From an uncultured Acidobacteriota bacterium (lineage in GTDB: Bacteria; Acidobacteriota; Terriglobia; Terriglobales; Acidobacteriaceae), in contig CAWAXF010000032.1 in the NCBI GenBank assembly GCA_963785865.1, forward strand, positions 75,733-139,732: DNA of 64,000 nt, in the 5' to 3' direction. Position 1 is the stretch's first letter. Each line of letters begins with the position of its first letter. The notes under the pieces are model-generated. The model was not told the origin of the DNA and did not search any database. It was given only the letters and a program-made list of their open reading frames with translations. Positions 37,157-47,133 of this stretch are shown one piece after another. Made by a program: the position numbers and the translations under genes.

Positions 37157-40100
37157 CTAATGTGCCGAAACCGGCTCCTCCGAACTCCTGCCCGCCGGAG
37201 GTACCACGACCGTAGATAAGCTTCCCTGGGCGGTGAGCTTCTGGAAATCCGCCAAGTCCCGCCTCTGCAGGTCGTCCCAGCGCGCCAACAGTTCCCCGCT
37301 CTGCCGCTTCAGCTTCTGTAATTGCCGCGCCTCGGCATCGGTCGGAGCCGAATCCGCCGATCCGGCATCCATCGCTAGGTAAGCCAGCTTCGCGTCCAAT
37401 TGCGGAGGATAGGCCAGCGAATCCTCGTTGGCCGAAATGTCCAGGTTGACCAGTTGGTCACGAACCCCCACCAGCTTCTTCTCCAGTTCATCCGCTGCGC
37501 CGGTTATGCTCTTCGTGCTCGCATTGATCGGCAACCGCCGCTTTAGACCGGACAGTTGCAGCCGGACGTCCTGGATCTGGTTCACGGCGTCATACACCCG
37601 GCTTAGCTCGTCCCGAGTCTCGAGCAAGAGGTTGAACTGCGCCTGCAGATCCTCCTGACTGATATGCACGCGCGGATCAAGCTTGAGATCGAAACCGGCC
37701 GTCTGCGTCTGCCCGCCCACCGTCAAGCGGACCTGGTAATGTCCCGGAACAGCCACCGGCCCACGAGCGCCGTTCCCGTATTCGTAAAGGTAATAACCCG
37801 GCACATGCCGCGCTTCTTCATACCTCAAATCCCACACAAAGCGATTCAGCCCTGCTTCCGGCTTTATCTGCTTCTCGGGTTTTTTGTCGTCCGGATCCGG
37901 CGGCTCCTCCAACGTGTTGTATTCCGTGCTCGAGTATTTCCGGATCACCTTTCCCGAAGCATCCAGAATCTCCAGCTTGGCCTCCGTGTCGCCTTTCGGA
38001 GCATCCTTGAGGTAGTAATAAATGACGGCTCCCGCCGGTGGATTGTGCCCTGTCAGCTTCGACGGATGCCGCTCCCCACTCGCCCCCGCCTGAATCCGAA
38101 ACGCCGTCGCAGGCTCATACAGGAACGCGCCCTTTTGCGCGACATCCTCGCTGTACTGACGCAACGGAGACAGATCATCCAGGATCCAGAATGCCCGGCC
38201 GTGTGTCGCCACCACCAGATCGTTATCTTTGACCACCAAATCGTGCACTGGCACAGTCGGCAGATTCAGCTTAAGCAGACGCCATTTCGCTCCGTCATCG
38301 AATGAAACGAACACTCCCATCTCGGTTCCCGCGTACAGCAGGCCCTTCTTCTTGGGATCCTGCCGCACTGAGCGCACGAATGTCGTGTCGGGTATGCCCT
38401 GCGTCAGTTTCGTCCAGGTCTTGCCGTAATCCGCGGTTTTGTAAATGTAAGGATGCAGATCGTCGAACTGGTGCCGGTCCACCGCGACGTAAGCGGTTCC
38501 CGGATCAAATGTGGAGAGATCGATTTGGCTGATGCGGCTCCACTCTGGCCAATCCTTCGAAGTCACATTGGTCCACGTCTTCCCTTCATCTCTGGTCAGT
38601 TGGACCAACCCATCATCGGTGCCGACCCAGATCAATCCCTTGGTTATCGGTGATTCGGCAAGCGCGAAGATTGTGTCGTAATACTCAGTTCCGGAATCGT
38701 CGAGCGTGATGTTGCCCCCCGAAACCTTCTGTTTGCTCTTGTCATTGCGCGTGAGATCAGGACTGATTGCAGCCCAGTGCACGCCGCCGTCAGTGGTCTT
38801 AAACAGCATCTCGCCGCCGTGATACAGCGTGTTGGGATCATGCGGAGAAATCAGCACCGGCGCCGTCCACTGAAAGCGGTGCTCGAGATTCGCCGCACCA
38901 TGCGCATCCGACAGTTCCGGCTGTTCGGTGATCGATTTCACCTGCCCAATGTGCCGGTCGTAGCGCGTGATCAGGCCCTGGTAATCGGCGGCATAAACAA
39001 TCTCCGGGTCCCGCGGATCCGGGGCGATATATCCCGCCTCGCCGCCTCCCACGTCGTACCAGTCACTGCGGCTGATCGAACCATCGTCGCTGCGGCTGAC
39101 AATCGCCACTGTCCCGCTGTCCTGTTGAGCGCCATACACCCGGTACGGCATCGCGCCGTCAGTTGTCACGTGATAAAACTGCGCCGTAGGCTGGTTATCT
39201 TCCGTCGTCCAGGTTTTCCCGCCATCGAGTGTGACGGTCACTCCACCGTCGTTGGACGCAATCATTCGCTTGGTGTTCTGCGGATCAATCCACAGCCCAT
39301 GATTGTCCCCGTGCGGGACCTTCACCTTGTTGAACAAGTGGCCGCCATCGGTGGACTTGTAAGCGTCCACGTCCATGATGTACAGCACATTCTCATCGCG
39401 TGGATCGGCGATGACGTGCATGTAGTACCAGGGACGCTGCCACAAGCTGTGATTCGGATTCACCAGTTGCCAGCTTTCGCCGCCGTCATCCGATCGGTAC
39501 AGCCCGCCATCCGGATTGTGCGCCTCAATCAGCGCGTACACGCGGTCGGAATTCGCTCCGACTGTCACGCCGATCTTTCCGTAAGGTCCCTTCGGCAGTC
39601 CGTGCTCTTCCAGGCGCTTCCAGGTCGTTCCGCCGTCGTTCGAGCGATAAAGCCCGCTTCCCGGACCGCCGCTCTCCATACTCCAGGACGTTCGCCGCGC
39701 CTGCCACAGTGCGCCAAACAGAATGTTGGGATTATGCGGATCGAACGCAACATCGATACCGCCGGTATTCTCGTCTTTGTACAGAACCTTGTCCCACGTC
39801 TTGCCGCCATCAGTCGTGCGGAAGATGCCGCGCTCGGGGTTCGACCCGTAGGGGTGCCCCAATGCAGCCACGAAAACAACGTCAGGATTTGCAGGATTGA
39901 TGATGATCTTGCCAATGGCGCGCGAGTCTTTCAGACCAACGTTTTTCCAGGTCTTGCCACCATCCAGCGACTTGTAAACCCCGTCGCCATGCGAGATGTT
40001 TCCGCGCAGGCAAGTCTCTCCGGTGCCCACATAAATGACATTATGGTTTGAAGCCGCCACAGCCAGGCTGCCAATCGCTGCTGTTCCCTCCTTGTCGAAC

Positions 40101-40486
40101 ACTGGCGACCACGTCATCGCGCCGTCGGTGGATTTCCAAACTCCACCCCCGGTCGCCCCAAAATAGTAGGTAGTGGGATCACCCGGGATACCAGCGGCCG
40201 TCAACGATCGCCCGCCCCGAAATGGCCCGATCAGCCGGTACTTCATGCCTTTGAACACTTTCTCTTCGGGCCGGGACGATTCGGAGTCCTCCTTGTCGCT
40301 CGCTTTGCCTTCCGATTCTGAAGACGGAGTGCTCGGCTTCACTTCGGAAGCCTTAGTCGCTTTCGACTGCCGCTCCGGCTTGGTCTGCGCGACTACGAGA
40401 GAAGAAAAAATGACCAAAGTGACTGCGCACACGACACACACACCACAAGACGCACTCTTGCGAACCCTGTTCAGGCTCATGCCCAT
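37157..40486 (-). CDS. Sortilin/VPS10-type BNR (Asp-box) repeat beta-propeller protein, secreted
   Basis: 1109 aa. It has a signal/TM segment and a Ser/Glu/Lys-rich linker. There are many Asp-box units (SxDxGxTW): STDGAMTW, SLDGGKTW, TTDGGKTW, SNDGGTTW, SDDGGESW, TLDGGKTW, TTDGGVHW, TRDEGKTW, TADYGKTW, FDDGAKW. Confidence 0.8.
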   Translation of the reverse strand: MGMSLNRVRKSASCGVCVVCAVTLVIFSSLVVAQTKPERQSKATKASEVKPSTPSSESEGKASDKEDSESSRPEEKVFKGMKYRLIGPFRGGRSLTAAGIPGDPTTYYFGATGGGVWKSTDGAMTWSPVFDKEGTAAIGSLAVAASNHNVIYVGTGETCLRGNISHGDGVYKSLDGGKTWKNVGLKDSRAIGKIIINPANPDVVFVAALGHPYGSNPERGIFRTTDGGKTWDKVLYKDENTGGIDVAFDPHNPNILFGALWQARRTSWSMESGGPGSGLYRSNDGGTTWKRLEEHGLPKGPYGKIGVTVGANSDRVYALIEAHNPDGGLYRSDDGGESWQLVNPNHSLWQRPWYYMHVIADPRDENVLYIMDVDAYKSTDGGHLFNKVKVPHGDNHGLWIDPQNTKRMIASNDGGVTVTLDGGKTWTTEDNQPTAQFYHVTTDGAMPYRVYGAQQDSGTVAIVSRSDDGSISRSDWYDVGGGEAGYIAPDPRDPEIVYAADYQGLITRYDRHIGQVKSITEQPELSDAHGAANLEHRFQWTAPVLISPHDPNTLYHGGEMLFKTTDGGVHWAAISPDLTRNDKSKQKVSGGNITLDDSGTEYYDTIFALAESPITKGLIWVGTDDGLVQLTRDEGKTWTNVTSKDWPEWSRISQIDLSTFDPGTAYVAVDRHQFDDLHPYIYKTADYGKTWTKLTQGIPDTTFVRSVRQDPKKKGLLYAGTEMGVFVSFDDGAKWRLLKLNLPTVPVHDLVVKDNDLVVATHGRAFWILDDLSPLRQYSEDVAQKGAFLYEPATAFRIQAGASGERHPSKLTGHNPPAGAVIYYYLKDAPKGDTEAKLEILDASGKVIRKYSSTEYNTLEEPPDPDDKKPEKQIKPEAGLNRFVWDLRYEEARHVPGYYLYEYGNGARGPVAVPGHYQVRLTVGGQTQTAGFDLKLDPRVHISQEDLQAQFNLLLETRDELSRVYDAVNQIQDVRLQLSGLKRRLPINASTKSITGAADELEKKLVGVRDQLVNLDISANEDSLAYPPQLDAKLAYLAMDAGSADSAPTDAEARQLQKLKRQSGELLARWDDLQRRDLADFQKLTAQGSLSTVVVPPAGRSSEEPVSAH

Positions 40487-40593
40487 GATCTCCAGAAAGT
40501 AGACGATTCAGCTATGGTAATACCCCCAAGCACTACTGCAAAGACCCGCCAAAAAAAGCCGGTGAGATGAAGGGGGTAGAGTGAAGCGGGGTG

Positions 40594-40629
40594 CCCCACC
40601 CTTCCCGCGTTTTGAGCGGGAGGGTGGGG
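40594..40629. terminator. Long GC-rich hairpin downstream of the PPK2 gene
   Basis: CCCCACCCTTCCCGC-GTTTTGA-GCGGGAGGGTGGGG, a 14-bp stem with one bulged T. A U-tract (ATTTTG) follows only on the plus strand, where no gene ends. On the minus strand the hairpin follows the PPK2 stop by about 50 nt. Confidence 0.4.
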
Positions 40630-40680
40630 ATTTTGACTTCCTTTCAGCGCTCTTGAACTCACCGTTCAAGGGACTCGATC

Positions 40681-41565
40681 TCAAGTCTTGGCTTCGAGAA
40701 CGTGCCGTCCCTCTTCCAACTCCTTCTTCTTGGCGGCATCCACTTTCGGATAACTCAGATGCAGAGACTCCAAAGTATCCACAATGACCGATGAAATCAC
40801 CAGCCGCGTGAACCACTTGTTGTCAGCCGGCACCACGTGCCACGGCGCATGCTTGGTAGCCGTATTGCGGATCATGTCTTCGTAAGCACTCTGGTATTCG
40901 TCCCAGTACGTGCGCTCGTGAATATCGCCGACGGAGAACTTCCAGTTTTTCTCGGGCTCTTGCAGACGGTCCAGAAAACGCTTCTTCTGCTCTTTTTTCG
41001 AAATATGCAGGAAGAACTTTCGAATCACCGTCCCGCTGCGCGCCATGTGCCGCTCAAAGCAGCGAATATCTTCAAACCGCTCCTGCCATATGTGCTTCCC
41101 GGCCACCGCTTCCGGCAGCTTCTGGCTCTTGAGAATTTCCGGATGCACCCGCACCACCAGTACTTCTTCGTAATAGGAACGATTGAAGATGCCTATATGG
41201 CCGCGCTCTGGCAAATCGCGCGTCGTCCGCCATAGGAAGTCATGTTGCAGTTCGATTTCCGACGGCGTCTTGAACGAATACACCTGGCAGCCCTGCGGAT
41301 TCACCCCCGACATCACGTGCTTGATCGCGCCGTCTTTTCCCGCCGCATCCAGCGCCTGAAAAATCAGCAGCAGCGCCCAGTTGTTCTGGGCATAGAGCAT
41401 GTCCTGCAATTCGGCTGTGCGCTCAATTCCCGCCTGGAGCGCCTTGGCCGCGTGCTCTTTCGCACGCCATTCCCCGGTATCGGCCGGATCAAAATGCTTC
41501 AGCCGGAAATCCTTTCCATCCTCGATGCAGAACTTATGGGCTAACTTCTCGGCCTTCTTCTTCAT
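40681..41565 (-). CDS. Polyphosphate kinase 2 family protein (polyP:nucleotide phosphotransferase)
   Basis: LLIFQALDAAGKDG (Walker A-like), FLWR....LPERG.IGIFNRSYYEEVL, and W..RF.DI..FE sequences typical of PPK2. Confidence 0.85.
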   Translation of the reverse strand: MKKKAEKLAHKFCIEDGKDFRLKHFDPADTGEWRAKEHAAKALQAGIERTAELQDMLYAQNNWALLLIFQALDAAGKDGAIKHVMSGVNPQGCQVYSFKTPSEIELQHDFLWRTTRDLPERGHIGIFNRSYYEEVLVVRVHPEILKSQKLPEAVAGKHIWQERFEDIRCFERHMARSGTVIRKFFLHISKKEQKKRFLDRLQEPEKNWKFSVGDIHERTYWDEYQSAYEDMIRNTATKHAPWHVVPADNKWFTRLVISSVIVDTLESLHLSYPKVDAAKKKELEEGRHVLEAKT

Positions 41566-41680
41566 GAATTCTCCATGCGCGACGCGTGACGCTCAGTGCA
41601 CAGGGCGAGACGCTTTCTGTATGATTGTCGCACCAGCTCGGCTCGATCGCATTCTCAACCTTGACGACAGGAGTTCGCCG

Positions 41681-41896
41681 ATGAAACCTCTGCCTTTGCT
41701 CGGAGTATTGTTGCTGATCCTGGGCGCCTTGGCGTTTGTGGTCCCAGTTTCACACCGTGACGATCATTCCCTGAAAGTTGGGGACGCGAAGTTCACTGTT
41801 CAAACCGAGAACCGCGAAAAACTGCCACCCGCAGTGGGCATCATTCTGATTGGCGGCGGGGTCCTGTCCCTGGTGTTCGGCCTGCGCAAGAACTAG
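41681..41896 (+). CDS. Small two-TM membrane protein
   Basis: ATG 41681 lies 8 nt after AGGAG. 71 aa with two hydrophobic helices flanking a polar loop. Confidence 0.45.
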   Translation: MKPLPLLGVLLLILGALAFVVPVSHRDDHSLKVGDAKFTVQTENREKLPPAVGIILIGGGVLSLVFGLRKN

Positions 41897-41908
41897 TCTG
41901 AGGGCCGC

Positions 41909-43360
41909 GTGTTCGAATCCGAATTCCTGACGTCCGCCGATCAGAGCAAAGAAGCCTACATTCGATTGATTTCGCGAGCGGCTGAGATTCTCTGCCAGTT
42001 CTTCCCTATCCAGCCCTACAGCGGCGCAACCGCTCGCAGGTTGACGGATTTGATCCCTTCCGATTTCCTGCCCGGCGAACAACGCTCGTCAGAACAGATT
42101 GCAGAAATCTTGAAAGTTGTCGTCGCCAATTCGGTGGCCGTCAGCCATCCGGCAACTGCCGCGCACTTGCATTGTCCCCCTCTTCTCGCCGCTCTCGCTG
42201 GCGAAGTTGTAATCAGCGCACTGAACCAGTCCATGGACTCGTTCGATCAGGCGCCAGTGGCAAGCATCATCGAACAGAAGCTCCTTCGCTGGTTGTGTCA
42301 GGAGATCGGACTGCCGCCGATTGCTGACGGAACCTTCACCACCGGCGGTTCTCAGTCGAACTATATGGGCTTGTTGCTGGCGCGCGACGCCTTCCTTCAG
42401 AAAACGTGGAAATGGTCTGCCCAGAAGCAGGGACTCCATCCTGACTCTCGCCGACTCCGAATTCTTTGCTCGGAGGTGGCCCACTTCACGGTAGAGAAGT
42501 CCGCGTCCCAATTGGGACTAGGCAGTGACGCTGTCGTACGCGTCGGAGTCGACGATCGCTTCCGAATGAATCCCGCCGACCTGCGAACCGCGCTCGAATC
42601 ATTGCGATCGCAAAATCTCTTGCCGATGGCCATTGTCGCGACGGCGGGCACGACAGACTTCGGCTCCATCGATCCACTCCCGGAAATCGCAGCGACGGCG
42701 CACGAAACCGGAGCATGGCTTCATGTCGATGCAGCCTACGGGGGCGCGTTGTTGTTCTCCCCTCAACATCACTCCAAACTCGCCGGAATCGAAACAGCCG
42801 ACTCGCTGGCCGTCGATTTCCATAAACTCTTTTGGCAGCCCATCCCGTGCAGTGTTTTCCTGCTGCGAGATGCACGGCATTTTGAGCACATCAAAATGCA
42901 CGCGGACTACCTTAACCCCGAACGCCACGCAGAAGCCGGCATCCCGGATCTGGTCACAACTTCCTTGCTCACCAGCCGCCGCTTCGACGCGTTGAAGCTC
43001 TGGATCTCTTTTGAATCTCTAGGGCGCAACAAATTAGCAGAGATGATCGAGCGCACCGTCGCGCTGGCAAATCATGCAGCCGGATTGATTCGCCGGACGC
43101 GGCACCTGGAACTCATCTGCGAACCCCAGCTGAGCACGGTAGTCTTTCGCGTGCTTCCACCGAGCGCAGACACCGACGCAGATCACCTAAACACTGCGGT
43201 ACGCCAGCGCCTATTCGACAGCGGCCAGGCAGTCATCGGCCATTGCCGCGCTCGCAATCATCAATGCCTGAAGTTCACCTGCATGAACCCCACAGTGACC
43301 GAAGCTGACATGGAAGCCCTGATTCAGAAAGTCGTGACCGTAGCCAACGATCTCACGTAG
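41909..43360 (+). CDS. PLP-dependent group II amino-acid decarboxylase (diaminobutyrate/aspartate/tyrosine decarboxylase-like)
   Basis: GGSQSN, HVDAAYGG, and SLAVDFHKLFWQP (PLP Lys). About 480 aa. GTG start. Confidence 0.8.
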   Translation: MFESEFLTSADQSKEAYIRLISRAAEILCQFFPIQPYSGATARRLTDLIPSDFLPGEQRSSEQIAEILKVVVANSVAVSHPATAAHLHCPPLLAALAGEVVISALNQSMDSFDQAPVASIIEQKLLRWLCQEIGLPPIADGTFTTGGSQSNYMGLLLARDAFLQKTWKWSAQKQGLHPDSRRLRILCSEVAHFTVEKSASQLGLGSDAVVRVGVDDRFRMNPADLRTALESLRSQNLLPMAIVATAGTTDFGSIDPLPEIAATAHETGAWLHVDAAYGGALLFSPQHHSKLAGIETADSLAVDFHKLFWQPIPCSVFLLRDARHFEHIKMHADYLNPERHAEAGIPDLVTTSLLTSRRFDALKLWISFESLGRNKLAEMIERTVALANHAAGLIRRTRHLELICEPQLSTVVFRVLPPSADTDADHLNTAVRQRLFDSGQAVIGHCRARNHQCLKFTCMNPTVTEADMEALIQKVVTVANDLT

Positions 43361-43488
43361 CGAACAATTTCAGGGACGCGGGGGACAGCCCCGTCTCGCT
43401 GAGAGCCTCCCAAAAAGCCGAACGTACATACACATCCGTACATGGAAATGTTCCTGTAGGAACACTTTGAGGTAAAAAAGAAGCTTTC

Positions 43489-44881
43489 TTAGCCCCTGCT
43501 TGTGATCGCCGTCACGCTTGGCAGCTTCGACTGCTGCCACCCGTCAAAGCCGCCAGCCACATTGAGGACGCGCCGGAAGCCAGCCCGCTGCAGGAGGCTG
43601 GCAGCGATCATGCTGCGGTATCCACCCTTGCAGTGGACGGCCAGGGCCATCTCGTGGTCGATTTCCGGGGGTGACACCCTGAAGTTATCCAGGGGCCACC
43701 AGGCCGCTCCTTCAATGTGCCCCGCGTCCCACTCCGACTCGCGACGAACGTCCAGCACTTGCACTTGCCGCGACTGTAGCTGCCGTTCGAGTTCTCGCGG
43801 TGTGATCTGCGCGACAGTTCCCGTGGGCAGCCCGGCCATCTTCCAGCGCTGCAAGTCCTCCCGCAAGATACCCGTCCAAATTTTCCATTCCTATGCGAGC
43901 CAGTCGCACCCGCGCCTCTTCCATCTGCGCATCTGTGTCCGCGATCACCACAGGATGCGAACTCAACCCCAGCACCGTTCCGGCCCATGACGCAAACTGC
44001 CCGCCCAGCGCAATATTCACGGACCCTGGCACATGCCCGGCGGCAAAGTCGTCGCCCGGCCGCACATCCAGAGCGATCTCCCCATCCTTCAGCATGCAAT
44101 CCAGTTCGGCCGGAGCGATCGCCCGCAGCGCGGGCAAATCCGATAGTGCGGCCGCGCCTGTGCGATTGATCTCCGCGTCTTTGGCGAAATAATCCGGACG
44201 TGCCGGCAGATTGCTGGTCAACTGCCGGATGAACTCCTCCCTGCTTTTGATTTGCAGCGCGTAATTCGTCAGCCGCTCCGTACCAATCGTCGAAGAGCGC
44301 TCCGCCCGCATATTCTTGCCGCAAAGCGAACCTGCTCCGTGGGCCGGATAGACGAGTACGTTATCCGGCAGGGTCATGAGCTTCGTATGCAGGCTGTCGT
44401 ACAGGAGTCCCGCCAGTTGCGCCGGAGTATGACGTGGCGATAGATCAGGCCGCCCCACATCGCCGATGAACAGCGTGTCGCCCGTCAGCACGGCCCAGGG
44501 CGCGATCGACTTCTCTAAATCCGTAACCACCAGGCAGATGCTCTCCGGAGTATGTCCTGGCGTCTCCAGCACGCAGATCGAAGCCTTTCCAAACTTCAAC
44601 TCAAATCCATCGCTCACTGGCTCGTGATCAAAGGTCGCCCCAGCCTGCGCTCCCATATAGATTTTCGCTCCCGTGCGCGCCGCCAGTTCTCTGTGTCCTG
44701 AAACAAAATCAGCATGCAGGTGCGTTTCGAAAATATGACGGATGGTCACCCCGTGCTCGCTGGCGGCATTCAGATAAAGCTCCACATCGCGCTGCGGATC
44801 CACCACGACCGCCTCGCCTTCCGAAGCCAGCATGTAGGAAGCATGCGCCAGACATCCCAGGTAAAACTGTTCGAAGTACAT
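43489..44881 (-). pseudogene. MBL-fold persulfide-dioxygenase-like hydrolase fused to two rhodanese domains. There is a frame break before the last rhodanese domain.
   Basis: THLHADFVSGH, ETPGHTPES, and GDTLFIGDVGRPD. The first rhodanese domain reads LDVRPGDDFAAGHVPGS. ORF 43489..43866 encodes a second rhodanese domain (LDVRRESEWDAGHIEGA...HCKGGYRS, active-site Cys). The two ORFs overlap in frames offset by 1 nt. Confidence 0.75.
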
Positions 44882-45052
44882 AGAGCTTCCCCACTCCGTA
44901 GCGCCGGCCTCTGGCCGGCTGTCCCGAGGGCGTCTCGCCCTCGGCCCCGAGGCGAAAATTTAAAACGGCAGCGCTACAAACCCACAAAGCCGCCTAAGAT
45001 GCTAGACCAATTCGGCTGGCAAAGCTACGCAGATATTCAGGAGAGCTTGCAA

Positions 45053-45328
45053 TCAGGAAGGCAGCGGAGTGATGAATTCCAGGCCGAAGCAGAAGCCATT
45101 GCGCGATCGCACGATGGCTGTCATTCGCGAAGCGGTTGGCATCCCGAACTCCACTTCCAGCAGGTCGCCCGGGTTCAGGAGAATTCCCGCGTATAACACC
45201 ATGCCGCCCTGGCTGATCTCGGTACCGCGGCCTTCAACCACGGTAGTCGAGAACCCTTTGGAAGTGAATACCTTTACGGGAAGATCGACGGGCAGTCGCT
45301 CCCAGCGGCGCGTAACGGGACTCGGCAT
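45053..45328 (-). CDS. PilZ-domain protein (c-di-GMP receptor candidate)
   Basis: 91 aa with RRWER (RxxxR) and TEISQGG (D/N-like xSxxG) motifs at the expected spacing. Confidence 0.7.
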   Translation of the reverse strand: MPSPVTRRWERLPVDLPVKVFTSKGFSTTVVEGRGTEISQGGMVLYAGILLNPGDLLEVEFGMPTASRMTAIVRSRNGFCFGLEFITPLPS

Positions 45329-45444
45329 CGTGTCCTCGATGTTCTTCCTTCAATTCAGCGCCTGCAAATTACGAAAGTGAAAGCGCCACTCTTCCGGACA
45401 ATCATGACCGGTGGGATGCAACGGGAGCCTCGGCGTGCCCTGCG

Positions 45445-46290
45445 GTGAAGTCACGCGCATGCTCACCGCCTTGCAAGTTCAACCTCTTGTACAATTTGCC
45501 TGTGAGTTCGCGCCTGAAAGCGTGCTGGGCAGCTATCGTTCTGCTGTCGCTGAGCTTGCTTTGCACGGGCGAAAAGGTCTCAGAACTCCAGCCCACCGGA
45601 TACGTCAACGACTTCGCACACGTCCTGAACCCAACCACCCGGGCGCAGATCGAAGATCTCTGCACGCAAGTGGATCAGAAGGCCCATGCACAAATTGCGT
45701 TAGTCACCATCAATTCGCTCGATGGTTCGGATATCGAGACCGTCGCGGTCGATCTGTTCAAGAAGTGGGGTATCGGGCAAAAGTCAACGGATCGCGGCGT
45801 GCTGATTCTGTATGCGATTCAGGATCACCGCGCACGCATCGAAGTCGGCTACGGTCTCGAACCCATTCTGCCCGACGGAAAGGTGGGTGGCTTTCAGCGG
45901 GAAGCGATTCCGCTGATGCGCAGCAGCAATTACGACGACGCCCTGCTTCTGGTGACAACCCGCGTCGCCGACGTAATTGCCTCCGATGCAGGTGTTCAAC
46001 TGACGGGCTCGCGCCCGCGGGCGCCCACACAACCCATAGAGCAGCCCAACACCGGCATCTCTTTGGGTGGCATCGCACTGATCATTATCATTCTGTTGCT
46101 CGTGCTCTTCACCCCGCTGCGCACCCTGCTGTTCTGGATGCTGTTTTCCTCTCTCTTCGGTGGAGGACGCCGAGGCGGATGGGGCGGAGGTGGCAGCTGG
46201 GGCGGTGGCGGGGGCTTCGGTGGGGGTGGAGGGTTTGGTGGCTTCGGCGGGGGCAGTTCTGGTGGCGGCGGGGCCAGCAGCAGTTGGTAG
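45445..46290 (+). CDS. TPM-domain (YgcG-like) membrane protein with a Gly-rich C-terminal tail
   Basis: YVNDFAHVL..........Q+A+VTI.SL.G.DIE.....LF.KWGIG.K..D.GVLIL.A..D....IEVGYGLE. A TM helix follows, and the tail reads GGGRRGGWGGGGSWGGGGGFGG. The start is uncertain. Confidence 0.75.
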   Translation: MKSRACSPPCKFNLLYNLPVSSRLKACWAAIVLLSLSLLCTGEKVSELQPTGYVNDFAHVLNPTTRAQIEDLCTQVDQKAHAQIALVTINSLDGSDIETVAVDLFKKWGIGQKSTDRGVLILYAIQDHRARIEVGYGLEPILPDGKVGGFQREAIPLMRSSNYDDALLLVTTRVADVIASDAGVQLTGSRPRAPTQPIEQPNTGISLGGIALIIIILLLVLFTPLRTLLFWMLFSSLFGGGRRGGWGGGGSWGGGGGFGGGGGFGGFGGGSSGGGGASSSW

Positions 46291-46305
46291 TATGGCGAGG
46301 ACGAC

Positions 46306-47016
46306 ATGATTCCGGTCCAAACGATTGACGAATTCGTGAGACGATTCCGGGAAGCCGGGGGAGAGAACGTCGAAAGCATCATCCTGTTCGGCTCGGCGGT
46401 GTCGGGTAACTTTCACCCGGGGCGTTCGAACCTGAACTTGTTCTGCGTTCTGCGCAGCACGTCGTTCGAGGCCTTGTGTGCGTTAAACCCTGCGGCCAAG
46501 TGGTGGGACAAGCAGAAACAGCCTCCTCCCCTCTGCATGACCCGTCACGAACTGGAGCGCACCGTGGATGTGTTCACCATCGAATTGCTCGATATGCAGC
46601 AGCAGCATCGGGTGCTCTATGGAGAAGATGTGGTGCAAAATCTGCGCATCCCCATGGACCTTCACCGTGTCCAGGTCGAATACGAATTGCGTGAGAAGTT
46701 GGTTTTGCTGAGGCAACACATCCTTCTGGCGGCAGAGAATGAATCGCGGTTGTGGGAACTCCTGCAACATTCGGTTTCATCCTTTTCCACTCTCTTTCGA
46801 CATGCGCTGATCGCGCTCGGAGATGCGCCGCCACAGGGCAAACGCGAAGCCGTGCAAGCACTGGCACAGCGCCTGGGCTTCGATGCCTCCGTGATCCTGA
46901 AAATCCTCGATGCCCGGGAGAAAAAGGGCGAGAGCCAGAAGCTTGATGCTCGCAATCTCGCATCGCAGTATCTTGCAGCCGTGGAGAAAGTAGCAGTGGC
47001 TGTGGATGCAGCGTAG
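46306..47016 (+). CDS. Nucleotidyltransferase-fold protein with both catalytic carboxylates replaced (predicted inactive)
   Basis: LFGSAVSG-x7-SNLNLFCVL occupies the position of the canonical GS-x(10-11)-DxD motif, with both Asp replaced by Asn. The C-terminal half is helical. Confidence 0.6.
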   Translation: MIPVQTIDEFVRRFREAGGENVESIILFGSAVSGNFHPGRSNLNLFCVLRSTSFEALCALNPAAKWWDKQKQPPPLCMTRHELERTVDVFTIELLDMQQQHRVLYGEDVVQNLRIPMDLHRVQVEYELREKLVLLRQHILLAAENESRLWELLQHSVSSFSTLFRHALIALGDAPPQGKREAVQALAQRLGFDASVILKILDAREKKGESQKLDARNLASQYLAAVEKVAVAVDAA

Positions 47017-47133
47017 GGAGCTCTATGCCGGTGTCATTCGATGAATCCGCCAACCCCACTCAGGGAGTGATATCCTGCCCTTCCCTTCGTGGAACTTCAC
47101 GTCCTTCATGGTTTGAGCCTCAAGGAGGGTTGC

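Noticed and set aside
46150-46290. Repetitive GGN-rich DNA, considered as a tandem repeat or non-coding element.
   Set aside because: It is in frame within the TPM-domain gene and encodes the Gly-rich tail (GGGGSWGGGGGFGG) typical of YgcG-like proteins. It is imperfect at the DNA level.
46720-46800. RLWELLQH in the C-terminal half of the NTase-fold protein, considered as a HEPN Rx4-6H motif (an NTase-HEPN toxin-antitoxin-like fusion).
   Set aside because: This is a single loose motif match in a helical region. There is no other HEPN hallmark and no partner gene. It cannot be supported without HHpred or structure comparison.
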